Positions 13,367 through 22,717 of a stretch of 45,072 nucleotides of DNA are shown here, piece by piece. The stretch comes from Candidatus Rokuibacteriota bacterium (GTDB lineage Bacteria; Methylomirabilota; Methylomirabilia; Rokubacteriales; CSP1-6), in the NCBI GenBank assembly GCA_016184305.1, contig JACPCX010000180.1, positions 1-45,072 on the forward strand, written 5' to 3'. A program made the position numbers and the translations under genes. The notes below the pieces were generated by a model that had not been told where the DNA came from, searched no databases, and saw only the letters and a list, made by a program, of their open reading frames with translations. Numbering within the stretch: position 1 is the stretch's first letter; each line of letters starts with the position of its first letter.

Positions 13367-13623
13367 CGGCGCTTCCGGGCGAGCAACAGCTTGCGGAACT
13401 TCTCCCCCGTCCGCTCAGAGAGATCCTTGGGCCCCCCCCGGACGCAGCCGAGCAGATGCCCCATGACTTCGTAGGGAACGGCTGGACCCTCCGGCCGGGA
13501 GCCGCGCGACACGTACACACCTACGGCGTTCCGGATGATCTCTGATTTCGTCAGGCCGGTCTTCCTCGCCAACCTCGACACCATTCCCTCTGTCTTCGGG
13601 TCAAGTCGCACGCTCGTAGGCAT
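13363..13623 (-). CDS. ribbon-helix-helix (CopG-like) antitoxin
   Basis: TSVRLD...LARKTGLTKSEIIRNAV RHH pattern; 4-nt overlap with PIN gene. Confidence 0.85.
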   Translation of the reverse strand: MPTSVRLDPKTEGMVSRLARKTGLTKSEIIRNAVGVYVSRGSRPEGPAVPYEVMGHLLGCVRGGPKDLSERTGEKFRKLLLARKRR

Positions 13624-13642
13624 CCCCCGCTCCCTCCGACGA

Positions 13643-13668
13643 TGTGTAGGACGCCATTGTACTACACA
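13643..13668 (-). promoter_or_regulatory. putative antitoxin operator overlapping a TACAAT -10 box
   Basis: TGTGTAGGAC-N6-GTACTACACA (9/10 inverted repeat), 20 nt upstream of antitoxin ATG; ATTGTA 13656-13661 reads TACAAT on minus strand. Confidence 0.6.
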
Positions 13669-13686
13669 GACGTGCTTCGAGGTTCG

Positions 13687-16600
13687 TCACTCGCGGGTGG
13701 CGGTGCTGGGACAGATCTGATTGTACGCGCAGTAGCGGCAGGCCTGGTACCCGGGCGTCGGCTCGAAGCGGCGCGCGCGGATGCCGGCGGCCGCGGCCGT
13801 GATCGCGCTCTCGGCCTCCGCCAGGTTCTGGGCGGTGGGCGTGTGCCGGCCCGCGAGCCCCGACTCCAGAAAGCGAAGCTCCACCCGGGCGGGCAGCCGG
13901 CCGGTCATGGCCTGCTGGGCCAGGGCATAGATCTTGAGCTGGAGGCTCTCACGCGCGCGCTTGTCGGCGGCCTTCTGCTCGGTCACGTCGCTGGACTTGT
14001 AGTCCACGATCACCGTGCCCTCGGGCGTCTCGTCCACGCGATCGAAGCGCCCGCGCACCCGGTTGGCCCCGAGGGTGAACCCGAACTCGCGCTCCACCTC
14101 GGTGGGCTTCTGCCCCGAGGCCTCCTCCTCGTGGTAGAAGCGCGTGAGCGCCTCCACCCCTGCCCGCTTGCGCTGCTCCTCGTGCTCGCGCGTGAGGAAC
14201 CCCTCGTTGCGCCAGGCGTCGTCGAAGGCCCGGAGGAAGTCCTCGAGCGAGGTGTAGTTGCCCGCCGCGCGCCGGCGCAGGTAGAACTCCACGGCCTTGT
14301 GGAGCGCGCTGCCATAGACGATCGAGTGATGCTGGCGCAGCGGGATCCGCAGCACGTGGATGTACTGGTACTTGAGCGGGCAGGTCTCGTAATCGTCCAC
14401 CTGGTTGTGGCTCACCGCCAGCACCTCGCCGTCCGGGATCGGCGCAAGGCCCAGCGACGGGGGCAACGGGGGCGGGGCGTGGCGGCCGAGCTCCTCGATG
14501 GCCCGGGCCCTGAATGGGCGCGTGGCATCCTTGGGCAGGTCCAGCGCCTCCAGCACGAACTGGCTCACCTTCCACTTGCGCCGCCCGCCCATGTCCTCGG
14601 CGCTCGTGAGGTAGAGCGCCTCCTTCGCGCGCGTCATGGCCACGTAGAAGAGCCGCCGCTCCTCCTGGAGGTGGAAGTCGCCCGCCGGCAGCGTGTCCTT
14701 GATGAGAGACGCCGGCATCTCGATGGGCTCGCTCCGCCGCACCGAGGGGAACTTGTTCTGCACGCAGTTGACCAGGAAGACCACCGGCCACTCGAGCCCC
14801 TTGGCCTTGTGGATCGTCAGCACCTGGACCGCGGGCGTCTCGGTATCGGCCTCGGCCACCGCGGGGTCGTCGCCCGCGTCGATGAGGGCGTCCAGGTGGG
14901 TCACGAACTCCCGGACGTTGTCGTACTTGAGCACGCGCGAGGCGTCGCGGACGCGGGAGAAGAACTTGCTGACGTTCTGGACCTCCTGCTCCAGCTCCGC
15001 CGGCGCCTTCGCGTAGCGGGTCATCTCGCCGGAGTCCATCAGGAACTGGTAGAGGAGCTCCCCCGTCGGGCTCTCCCGCGCCAGCTCCATGTAGCGCTCG
15101 AGGTCGGCCGTCAAGCGCCGGATGGCCGCCGCGCCCTCCTCGCCCACCTGCACCTCCACCGGAATCCCGCGCAGCACGTCGAAGAGCCAGCGGTGCTTGC
15201 GGTCGGCGTAGGTGCTGCACTTCGTGAGATCCACGATCGGGACCTGGTAAATCGCCGACGAGGCGAGGTAGTGGAGACTCACCGAGTCGTCGGGATGAGC
15301 GACGGCCCGGAGGAAGGCGATCAGGAGGCGGATCTCCGGCCGGCCGTACAGCCCGGCGTTGCCGGAGAACGTCCACGGGATGCCGCGCACGTTGAGCGCG
15401 CGCAGGAAGGGCTCGGCGTCGTTGTTCGCGCGCACCAGGATGGCGCAGTCCTTGTACGGCCGCCCGCCCGCGCGCTCCCGGGCGATGAGGTCCACAACGG
15501 CGTCGGCCTGCGAGGAGATCGTGTCGTAGGCGAGGTGCGCCGGCCCCTTCCCCTCCGCGGCGTCGGCCGGGAGCGCGCGCCGCAGCTTCTTCGCGATGCC
15601 GTACTTCACTTCCAGGCGATCGGGATTGTTGTGCTGGATGAGCCGGTAGGCGGCGTCCAGCACGTCCTGCGGGCACCGGTAGTTGTCCGTGAGCACGATG
15701 TCGCGCGCGTCGGGGTACTGCTCCTTGAACTCCATGACGTTCGACAGCGCGGCGCCGCGCCACTTATAGATCGAGTTGTGCACCACGATCCCGCTGGCCA
15801 CGAAGTTGTGGGTCCGGTCCACCTCGAGGTCGAAGACGGGCTCCGTTCTCCACTCCTCCGAGACCCTCACGACGGGATCGTAGACGACGCGGTTCCCGCG
15901 CACCACCGGCAGCGAATGCCCGGGCAGCACGTTGCCGGCCGGCATCGCCAGGGCGGAGCGGTGCTGGATGTTCGCCGTCCCGGCATTGAAACGCACCTCC
16001 AGCACGCCCTCCGTCAGCTCGCGGAGGAACTCGGCCTTGAGCCCGATCTCGCGGATCGAGGCGCTGGTGGTGCGCACCAGCCAGCCCCTTCTCGCTTTCC
16101 GCAGCGGGACCCCGGCGGCCCGCAGGCGCTCCTCGATGACCGGAGCGGAGGTTTCCAGCGCCACCGCGTGGAGAATCTGGGCGGCCTTGAGGAGGCGCCC
16201 CCGCCCCGTCGGGCTGTGCCGGCGATAGCACATCGTCATGATGATCTTGACCCTCGACTGCCCGCCCCGATGCACCGCGCCGAGGGTGAAATGGTGGGCG
16301 CTCAGATCGACGCCCAGGTCGGAGGCCAGCCGCTCGGCGTTCTTCCGCGTGTCGACCTCGTGGAAAAGGCGCTCGAGGTACTCTCCGACCACCACCATCG
16401 CCTTCCGCGGCTTGAACGGCAGCGTCGGGATGCCGTACTGGAGCGACCACAGGGCCTCCAGGTACCGGGCCTCGGCAGCCGTGGCGCATGCGCGCAGGCC
16501 GACGATCCGGTCGGCCGAGCGCTCGAGGCCAAGCCTGACCGACAGATCGTTGGTCACGCCAATGCGCCACCCGAGATCCCGCCGCTCCATCAGGTACACG

Positions 16601-17694
16601 TAGGTGAACGCCTTCGACGTCGCCACCCGCGGCACGTAGCAGAACATCTTGTGGTTGTCGGTCACCGTCACGCGGTGCCCGCCCTCGGTCTCGAAGGTGA
16701 GGAAACGGGCGCGGCGCTCGCGCCGGAACACGCGCGATACCTGCGCCGTCCCGAGGAACCCCTTCCCGACGGCGGTGAGGATCGGATCCCCGGTCTGGAG
16801 CGTCTCGATGGAGCGTGGGCCCCCGGGGGTCTCCACCGGCGTCCCAGCCGGCAGGCACTGATCGTCATCAGCGACGACCGTGAGGTTCTTGTGGCCGGCG
16901 GCGAGGAGCTGCACGACCTGGTTCTGCGCGTAGTTCGTGTCCTGGAACTCGTCCACCAGGATGTGCCGGAAGCGCCCCTGGTAGCGCCGGAGGACGTGCG
17001 GGCGCGTGCGGAAGAGCCGCAGCGCCTCCACGATCTGGTCGCCGAAGTCCACCTGGCCGAGCCGCGCCATCAGGATCTGGTACTGCGCGTAGAAGCGGGC
17101 CACCTCCAGGTGCTCCTCGGCCTCGAGCCGGCTCTCGCCGTCCCGCGCGCCGGCCAGCAGCGCCTCGGCGTGGGCCAGGTACTCCTCCGGACTCACGTCC
17201 TCGTCCTTGAGCCGGCTGATCAGGCTCGTGATGGCCTGGAGATGCCGCGTGGGGTCGCCCAGCGGACGGTAGTGCTTGAGCGGGAACTCGAAGAGGTGGT
17301 CGCGGAGGAAGATGATCTGCTCGGCGCGCGTCAGCACCCGGAAGTCGGGCGTGAGCCCCAGCTCCAGCGCGTTCTCCTTGATGAGCCGGTCGCCGAAGGC
17401 GTGGAAGGTCGAGATCTGCACGTCGGCGTAGCCGTAGGGGACGAGCGTGTCCACGCGCTCCTCCATCTCGGCCGCCGCCTTGTCCGTGAAGGTGAGCGCC
17501 AGGATCTCCGAGGGGCGCGCCCGGCGCGTGGCGATGAGGTGGGCGATGCGCCGGGTGATGACGGTGGTCTTCCCGGTGCCCGCCCCGGCGATGATGAGCA
17601 GCGGCCCCGCCTCGTGGGTGACGGCCAGCCGCTGTCCCTCGTTGAGGCCGTCGAGGATCCGCTCGACCCCGCGCGCGGCCTCCCCGGAAGTCAC
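13687..17694 (-). CDS. UvrD/PcrA-family SF1 helicase fused to C-terminal PD-(D/E)XK Fe-S nuclease (AdnAB-like), intein-containing
   Basis: AGAGTGKT, LTFTDKAA, VDEFQD, DDDQ/SIYKWRGA, NYR, TIHKAKGLEW, EERRLFYVAMTRA; nuclease GRFDRVD..IVDYKS, QLKIY, Cys in TCPLKY plus CRYCAYNQIC; GGAGG RBS before GTG 17694. Confidence 0.9.
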   Translation of the reverse strand: MTSGEAARGVERILDGLNEGQRLAVTHEAGPLLIIAGAGTGKTTVITRRIAHLIATRRARPSEILALTFTDKAAAEMEERVDTLVPYGYADVQISTFHAFGDRLIKENALELGLTPDFRVLTRAEQIIFLRDHLFEFPLKHYRPLGDPTRHLQAITSLISRLKDEDVSPEEYLAHAEALLAGARDGESRLEAEEHLEVARFYAQYQILMARLGQVDFGDQIVEALRLFRTRPHVLRRYQGRFRHILVDEFQDTNYAQNQVVQLLAAGHKNLTVVADDDQCLPAGTPVETPGGPRSIETLQTGDPILTAVGKGFLGTAQVSRVFRRERRARFLTFETEGGHRVTVTDNHKMFCYVPRVATSKAFTYVYLMERRDLGWRIGVTNDLSVRLGLERSADRIVGLRACATAAEARYLEALWSLQYGIPTLPFKPRKAMVVVGEYLERLFHEVDTRKNAERLASDLGVDLSAHHFTLGAVHRGGQSRVKIIMTMCYRRHSPTGRGRLLKAAQILHAVALETSAPVIEERLRAAGVPLRKARRGWLVRTTSASIREIGLKAEFLRELTEGVLEVRFNAGTANIQHRSALAMPAGNVLPGHSLPVVRGNRVVYDPVVRVSEEWRTEPVFDLEVDRTHNFVASGIVVHNSIYKWRGAALSNVMEFKEQYPDARDIVLTDNYRCPQDVLDAAYRLIQHNNPDRLEVKYGIAKKLRRALPADAAEGKGPAHLAYDTISSQADAVVDLIARERAGGRPYKDCAILVRANNDAEPFLRALNVRGIPWTFSGNAGLYGRPEIRLLIAFLRAVAHPDDSVSLHYLASSAIYQVPIVDLTKCSTYADRKHRWLFDVLRGIPVEVQVGEEGAAAIRRLTADLERYMELARESPTGELLYQFLMDSGEMTRYAKAPAELEQEVQNVSKFFSRVRDASRVLKYDNVREFVTHLDALIDAGDDPAVAEADTETPAVQVLTIHKAKGLEWPVVFLVNCVQNKFPSVRRSEPIEMPASLIKDTLPAGDFHLQEERRLFYVAMTRAKEALYLTSAEDMGGRRKWKVSQFVLEALDLPKDATRPFRARAIEELGRHAPPPLPPSLGLAPIPDGEVLAVSHNQVDDYETCPLKYQYIHVLRIPLRQHHSIVYGSALHKAVEFYLRRRAAGNYTSLEDFLRAFDDAWRNEGFLTREHEEQRKRAGVEALTRFYHEEEASGQKPTEVEREFGFTLGANRVRGRFDRVDETPEGTVIVDYKSSDVTEQKAADKRARESLQLKIYALAQQAMTGRLPARVELRFLESGLAGRHTPTAQNLAEAESAITAAAAGIRARRFEPTPGYQACRYCAYNQICPSTATRE
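15775..16857 (-). mobile_element. intein (361 aa) in helicase motif III
   Basis: Block A CLPAGTPV, block B VTDNH, blocks F/G VFDLEVDRTHNFVASGIVVHN followed by Ser+1; removal restores DDDQ-SIYKWRGA. Confidence 0.93.
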
Positions 17695-17711
17695 GCCCTC
17701 GCGGCCTCCGA

Positions 17712-18623
17712 TCAGGCCCGCCCGTACACCGGCGTGAGCCAGCCGCGGTACCCGGGCATCTCCCCCCGCACCGCGCGGAAGTACGTGTCCGCGATGGCGC
17801 GCGTCAGGGGCCCCGGCGCCGGCTGGCCGAGCGGCAGCCGGTCCACCGAGGCGACGGGCGTCACCTCCCAGCCGCTGCCGCAGAAGAAGGCCTCCTCGGC
17901 CACATAGAGCTCCGTGCGGTCCACGTCGCGCTCCGCGACGGTGAGCCCGTGCTGCTCGCGGAAGAGCTGCACGAGCGTCGTCCGGGTGATGGACTCCAGC
18001 ACATCGGCCGTGAGCGGTGGAGTGGTGGGCACGCCCCCGCGCACCAGGAAGAACGCCGCGCCGGGGGCCTCGGAGACCTTCCCCCGCGTGTTGAGGAGCA
18101 CCGTGTAGTCGTAGCCGCCGGCCTTCGCCTCGAGGAATGCCAGGCGCCCGTTCTGGTAGTTGGCCGAGCACTTGATACGCGGGGGCATCGCGGTGTCGGG
18201 AATGCGCACCCACGAGCTCACGCAGATGTCGACCGCCTTGCCCGCCATCTTCCGCGGGCGAGCGTCCACCGCGAGCCCCGTGGGGCCGGTTGCCTCCACG
18301 TTGCCGTCGGCCGCCACGTACGCCGTCTGGCGCACGTGGACGTCCTCTCGGTACTCGTTCTTGCGGAGCGTCTCGAGGATGGAGTGCCGCATTTCGTCGA
18401 GCGTCAGCTCGTGGTCCATGCGCATGAGCTTGAGCGAGTCGAAGAGCCGCCGGCAGTGCTCGTCGAGCCGGAACACGTACAGCTCCTGCTGGGGCTCGCT
18501 CCAGTAGGCGCGCACCCCCTCGAAGACGCTCGTGCCGTACTTGACGGCGTTGGACTGGACGTGGATCGTCGCCTCGCTGTAGGGGACCAGCCGCCCGTTC
18601 ATGTAGAGATAGCGCTCGCTCAC
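17712..18623 (-). CDS. class IV (branched-chain/D-amino acid) aminotransferase
   Basis: YGTSVFEGVRAY, FRLDEHCRRL, RIKCSANY (PLP lysine), LESITR, EEAFFCGS. Confidence 0.9.
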   Translation of the reverse strand: MSERYLYMNGRLVPYSEATIHVQSNAVKYGTSVFEGVRAYWSEPQQELYVFRLDEHCRRLFDSLKLMRMDHELTLDEMRHSILETLRKNEYREDVHVRQTAYVAADGNVEATGPTGLAVDARPRKMAGKAVDICVSSWVRIPDTAMPPRIKCSANYQNGRLAFLEAKAGGYDYTVLLNTRGKVSEAPGAAFFLVRGGVPTTPPLTADVLESITRTTLVQLFREQHGLTVAERDVDRTELYVAEEAFFCGSGWEVTPVASVDRLPLGQPAPGPLTRAIADTYFRAVRGEMPGYRGWLTPVYGRA

Positions 18624-18651
18624 GATGGACCCTCCTTTGGCAGGAACTATA

Positions 18652-19560
18652 TCACCGGCGCGCGGCGAATCCTCGGGGCGCGGTGGAACATCGGGGCGCG
18701 AGAACGGAGACGGCCGCAGGGATGCACTCGAAGTTCATGGGGAGCCGCCCGGCCAGCTCTCCGTCCACCTGCACCTCCGCCTCCCGCGCCCCGTGCGCCC
18801 GCAGGCTCCGCGCCTGCAGGGACGTGACGCCCGGCAGCCCGAGGTGCGCGCCCCTGAATGCCGCGACGACGCACCGGACGAGTCGCAGCCGGTCGGTCGA
18901 GTCGAGGAGACAGACATCGAGCAGGGCGTCGTCCATGCGCGCCCGCGGGGTGAACCGAAGCCCCCCGCCGTACGCGGCGGCATTGGCCACCACCGCCAGG
19001 GTGGCGGGCTCGGTGCGGCCGTCGGCCTCCACGAGGAAGCGCGGCGGCGGCCACGCGGCCAGCTGCCGGAGCGCGGCCAGCCAGTAGGCCCCTTCCCCGA
19101 GGAGGCGCTTGACCGCGGGGCTCACCCTGCGCACGACGGCCGCATCGAGACCGATGCCGGCCATCACGATGAAGTACCGAGTGCCCGCCCGGCCGACCGA
19201 CACGCGCCGCACGTCCCCCGCCGCCAGCACGTCGGCGATGTCGTCGAGCCGCCGCGGTATCCCTAGCTCCAGGGCGAGCAGGTTGGCCGTACCGGCCGGC
19301 CAGACCCCGAGGCAGGCGGAGGTCCCGACCACGCCCTGGAGCACCTCGTTGACGGTGCCGTCTCCGCCGCAGGCGACGACCACCTCGACCCCCTCGAGCG
19401 CGGCCGCCCGCGCGAGGTGGCTGGCGTCGCCGGGACCCGCCGTGGCCAGGGCGGTCGCAGTCACCCCGCGGGCGCCGAGCGCCTGGATCATGCGGCGTAC
19501 GGGGCCTTCGCGAGCGCTGCCGCGCCCCGCCCCCGGGTTATACACGAGCGCGGCCCGCAT
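18652..19560 (-). CDS. diacylglycerol/lipid kinase family (YegS/DagK-like)
   Basis: YNPGAG, CGGDGTVNEV, PAGTANLLA, QVDGE. Confidence 0.9.
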   Translation of the reverse strand: MRAALVYNPGAGRGSAREGPVRRMIQALGARGVTATALATAGPGDASHLARAAALEGVEVVVACGGDGTVNEVLQGVVGTSACLGVWPAGTANLLALELGIPRRLDDIADVLAAGDVRRVSVGRAGTRYFIVMAGIGLDAAVVRRVSPAVKRLLGEGAYWLAALRQLAAWPPPRFLVEADGRTEPATLAVVANAAAYGGGLRFTPRARMDDALLDVCLLDSTDRLRLVRCVVAAFRGAHLGLPGVTSLQARSLRAHGAREAEVQVDGELAGRLPMNFECIPAAVSVLAPRCSTAPRGFAARR

Positions 19561-19573
19561 GCGGAGTCCACCC

Positions 19574-20539
19574 TCAGCGGCGGATCTCGGTGCTGTCCGA
19601 CGCCAGCAGCTCCTCCAGCTCGGGACGCGTCACCAGCGGGATGTCGCCCCGGATGGTGCACTTGAGCGCGGCCAGTGCCGTCGCCGCATCCGCCGCCCCC
19701 TGAACCGAGCGACCCGCGAGCGTGGCCCACAGAAAGCCCGCGGCATACGCGTCCCCCGCTCCCACGCGATCCACCACCGTGACCGTGTAGAGCTTTGACG
19801 GGCGCACGACTGCACCATCGGCCAGCACGACCGAGCCGGCCTCCCCGAGCGTGACCGCGATCGTCGCGCGGGGCGCCAGCCCGCGCAGCCCGCTCAGCAC
19901 CGCCTCGGGCGCCCCGCGGAGGCCGAAGACCGTCTCGGCGTCGTCCGCCCCCACGAAGAGATAGCGCAGGGCCGGGAGGATCTCCTCGAAGAAGTCGCGC
20001 GCCGCCTCCGGGCCCCAGAGGCGCGAGCGGTAGTTGACATCGAAGGACACCGGCACACCGCGGGCCGCCGCCTCTTGCACTGCGCGCCGGAGCACGTCCC
20101 GGAGGGTATCGCCGAGCGCCGCCGTGACGCCCGAGAGATGCAGAAGCCGGGCCCCGTCGAGGCGCGACCAATCCACCTCGTCCGCGGTGAGGCAACTCGC
20201 CGCCGAGTCGCGCCGGTCGTAGAGGACGCGGACGGGGCGCGGTGCCGAACCGTACTCGAGAAAGTAGAGGCCCATGCGGGAACCGGGGCGACGGAGCACC
20301 CCCGCGCAATCGACACCATGGCCCGACAGCTCGCGCACCGTCCGGTCGCCCCAGGCGTGGTCCGCCGGCAGCGCGGAGATCAGGGCGGTTCGCAGCCCGA
20401 GCCGGGCGCAGGCCGCCGCCACGTTGGCCTCGGCCCCGCCGATCTGGACATCCAGGGTTGTCGCCTGCTCGAGACGCTGAGGCGGCGGGGCGGCGAGGCG
20501 GAGCATGACCTCGCCCAGCGCCACCAGGTCGTGACCCAT
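19574..20539 (-). CDS. PfkB sugar kinase (KdgK-like)
   Basis: GEVMLRL, GGAEANVA, FDVNYR, VDRVGAGDAYAAG. Confidence 0.88.
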   Translation of the reverse strand: MGHDLVALGEVMLRLAAPPPQRLEQATTLDVQIGGAEANVAAACARLGLRTALISALPADHAWGDRTVRELSGHGVDCAGVLRRPGSRMGLYFLEYGSAPRPVRVLYDRRDSAASCLTADEVDWSRLDGARLLHLSGVTAALGDTLRDVLRRAVQEAAARGVPVSFDVNYRSRLWGPEAARDFFEEILPALRYLFVGADDAETVFGLRGAPEAVLSGLRGLAPRATIAVTLGEAGSVVLADGAVVRPSKLYTVTVVDRVGAGDAYAAGFLWATLAGRSVQGAADAATALAALKCTIRGDIPLVTRPELEELLASDSTEIRR

Positions 20540-20549
20540 CACGGGGCGG

Positions 20550-21350
20550 TCACGCGCCCGCGGCGAGGCGAACCTTGACGGAGCTGCCGAGGATGAGGGA
20601 GGAGTCGACCGACTCCAGATGGCGGCGCGCATCGAAGGTGATGCGGGCGGGCCGGCTGGAGCGCGCCCAGGAGGAGAAACCCGTCAGATCCACCAGGGCG
20701 GTGAGCTGGCCGGTGACGGGATCTACGCTCACCCGGAACCGGAGTGGCACGATCTCCGCGCGATAGCCACTTGCGGACACGTCATCCGGGCCCTCGTTCT
20801 CGGCTCGGGCCCGGCGCACCACTGCCGTCCGAGACGAGCCATCCGCGTCCAGATCCAGCTTGTTGGCGGCGAAGTTGAGGGTGGCCGAGAGCACGTCGTC
20901 CAGCGGCTGGTCGATCGGGAGCGGCAGCACATCGTCCACCTGGCGGCGACGGCCCAGCAGCAGCGTGTGACCCACCGAGTGGTACTCGACCCGTCCCCGC
21001 TCGTAGTCGTAGCGGACGTCCACCCGGTTTTCACGCCCCCTCACGGTGCCAGTGCTTTTCGTCTCGACCGGCATGAAGCGACCGGCCCGGATGATCCCCG
21101 TGGCCTCCGTCCGGTTCGTGATCCCGGATCCCTCGCCAGAGAACGCCACGCGGTAGCGACCCGCCTGGACGTCGACCTCCTCCACCAGCGCGCCGGCGAC
21201 AGTGAACGTCAGGAGATCGAAGAGAACGCCCACATCTACCCGAAATGTAAAGTCTTTTCTCGTCGACGTAGCCGCGACGGAGGGACGCGGGACCAGCAGG
21301 AGGCCGAGCGGAAGAGCCAGGAAGTGCCGTCTCGCGATTTGGAGCACCAT
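20550..21350 (-). CDS. exported hypothetical protein with twin-arginine signal
   Basis: ARRHFLAL + hydrophobic stretch + VAA cleavage site; beta-rich body. Confidence 0.6.
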   Translation of the reverse strand: MVLQIARRHFLALPLGLLLVPRPSVAATSTRKDFTFRVDVGVLFDLLTFTVAGALVEEVDVQAGRYRVAFSGEGSGITNRTEATGIIRAGRFMPVETKSTGTVRGRENRVDVRYDYERGRVEYHSVGHTLLLGRRRQVDDVLPLPIDQPLDDVLSATLNFAANKLDLDADGSSRTAVVRRARAENEGPDDVSASGYRAEIVPLRFRVSVDPVTGQLTALVDLTGFSSWARSSRPARITFDARRHLESVDSSLILGSSVKVRLAAGA

Positions 21351-21391
21351 GGCAACCCGTATTGTACCCGAGCGCGCCGCTTCAGGAAACC

Positions 21392-21420
21392 TTGGCCCGC
21401 AAAACCTTTCCTGTTATCGT
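21392..21420 (+). promoter_or_regulatory. putative sigma70 promoter of the ketosynthase-kinase operon
   Basis: TTGGCC-N17-TATCGT with TGn extension, 50 nt before ATG 21470. Confidence 0.4.
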
Positions 21421-21469
21421 CGACCCTACCTTCCTTTAACTTTCGGGCTGTTAGGGGGCAGCCAATCCG

Positions 21470-22717
21470 ATGAAAAGTAAGCGTCGCGTCGTGATCACCG
21501 GGCTCGGTGTCGTGGCCCCCAACGGCATCGGCAAGGACGCATTCTGGGACGCCCTAGTTGCCGGCAAGTCCGCCGTCGACTGGATCAGCTCCTTCGACAC
21601 CTCTCCCTACCCGTGCAAGGTCGCCGCCGAGGTGCGGGACTTCAGACCAGAGGAGTTCACGAAGTCTCGGCAGTTGAAGCACTGGGGGCGGTTCTCGCAG
21701 TTCGCCGTTGCAGCCGCTAAGCTCGCGCTCGATGACGCAAACCTTAATCTGGCCCGGGAGGTGCCACCCTTGCGAGTTCTCGCGTGTATCGGGAACGCAA
21801 TGAATGGTTCTGGGGACGTTTACAACACCGCTCGCACGGGCTTCGACCGTCAAGGTCTAGCAGGAATCCCGATGCTCAGCGCCATCGAGTTCGCCGCTCA
21901 CGCTCCGGTAACGCATGTTTCCATGGAATTGGGCATTCGCGGCCAAGCCATCACCATGGCATCGGCCTGCTCGACCGGTCTCGACGTAATGCAGTGGGCA
22001 ACCGCTCAGATACAGGCGAACAAAGCGGACGTCGTGTTCGCGGGAAGTACTGAGGCGCCGATCTCCGAGTTCTGCTTTGCCGCGCTCTGTGCCTTTGGAT
22101 CAATCTCCACGTTCGACGATCCTCCCCATCGAGCGTCCCGCCCGTTCGATCTGAGAAGAAAGGGACTCATCTTGGGCGAAGGGGCAACAGTTTGCGTAAT
22201 CGAAGAGCTAGGACATGCCCTCGACCGCGGAGCCCGCATTTATGCGGAACTTATCGGGTTTGGCAGTGGAAACGAGGCCGGCAGAAAGCGACACGCCCGG
22301 GAGGCGGCCCTATCGCAGGCCATCGTGGGGGCCCTGAGCCAAGCAGGCATCGACGCCTCACGGGTCGACTACATCAACGCTCACGGAAACTCGATGGAGG
22401 ACTACGATCGACTTGACACCGAATCCTTCCGTTTAGTGTTCGGCGCGAAGGCTTACAACATCCCAGTAAGTTCGATTAAGTCAATGATCGGCCATGCGAT
22501 GGGAGCAGCTGCCTCCTTTCAGGTCGCTGCCACTTGCCTTGCTCTTCACAACTCCGTGATCCCGCCTACCATCAACTACGAAGTGCCAGATCCGGAGTGT
22601 GATCTGGATTATGTCCCGAATACCGCTCGATTCGCTCGTATTCGGATCGCTCTTGTCAACGCTCACGCCATCGGCGGGACGTACTCGGCTCTTCTTCTTG
22701 CAGCACCGGAAGGCTGA
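21470..22717 (+). CDS. FabF-like beta-ketoacyl synthase, stand-alone
   Basis: RRVVITGLG, SACSTG (Cys), NAHG (His), KSMIGH (His), PPTIN; TGATG coupling to next gene. Confidence 0.88.
   Translation: MKSKRRVVITGLGVVAPNGIGKDAFWDALVAGKSAVDWISSFDTSPYPCKVAAEVRDFRPEEFTKSRQLKHWGRFSQFAVAAAKLALDDANLNLAREVPPLRVLACIGNAMNGSGDVYNTARTGFDRQGLAGIPMLSAIEFAAHAPVTHVSMELGIRGQAITMASACSTGLDVMQWATAQIQANKADVVFAGSTEAPISEFCFAALCAFGSISTFDDPPHRASRPFDLRRKGLILGEGATVCVIEELGHALDRGARIYAELIGFGSGNEAGRKRHAREAALSQAIVGALSQAGIDASRVDYINAHGNSMEDYDRLDTESFRLVFGAKAYNIPVSSIKSMIGHAMGAAASFQVAATCLALHNSVIPPTINYEVPDPECDLDYVPNTARFARIRIALVNAHAIGGTYSALLLAAPEG

Noticed and set aside
13432..13439. C8 tract here, and similar tracts near 26852 and 38088, as phase-variation sites
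   Set aside because: Short, in frame, encode Gly/Pro, and expected at this GC content.
13642..17907. 1421-aa plus-strand ORF and other long antisense ORFs (1280-2692, 27789-30113, 37277-39874)
   Set aside because: They mirror well-supported genes on the opposite strand and have no motifs; such shadows are expected at high GC.
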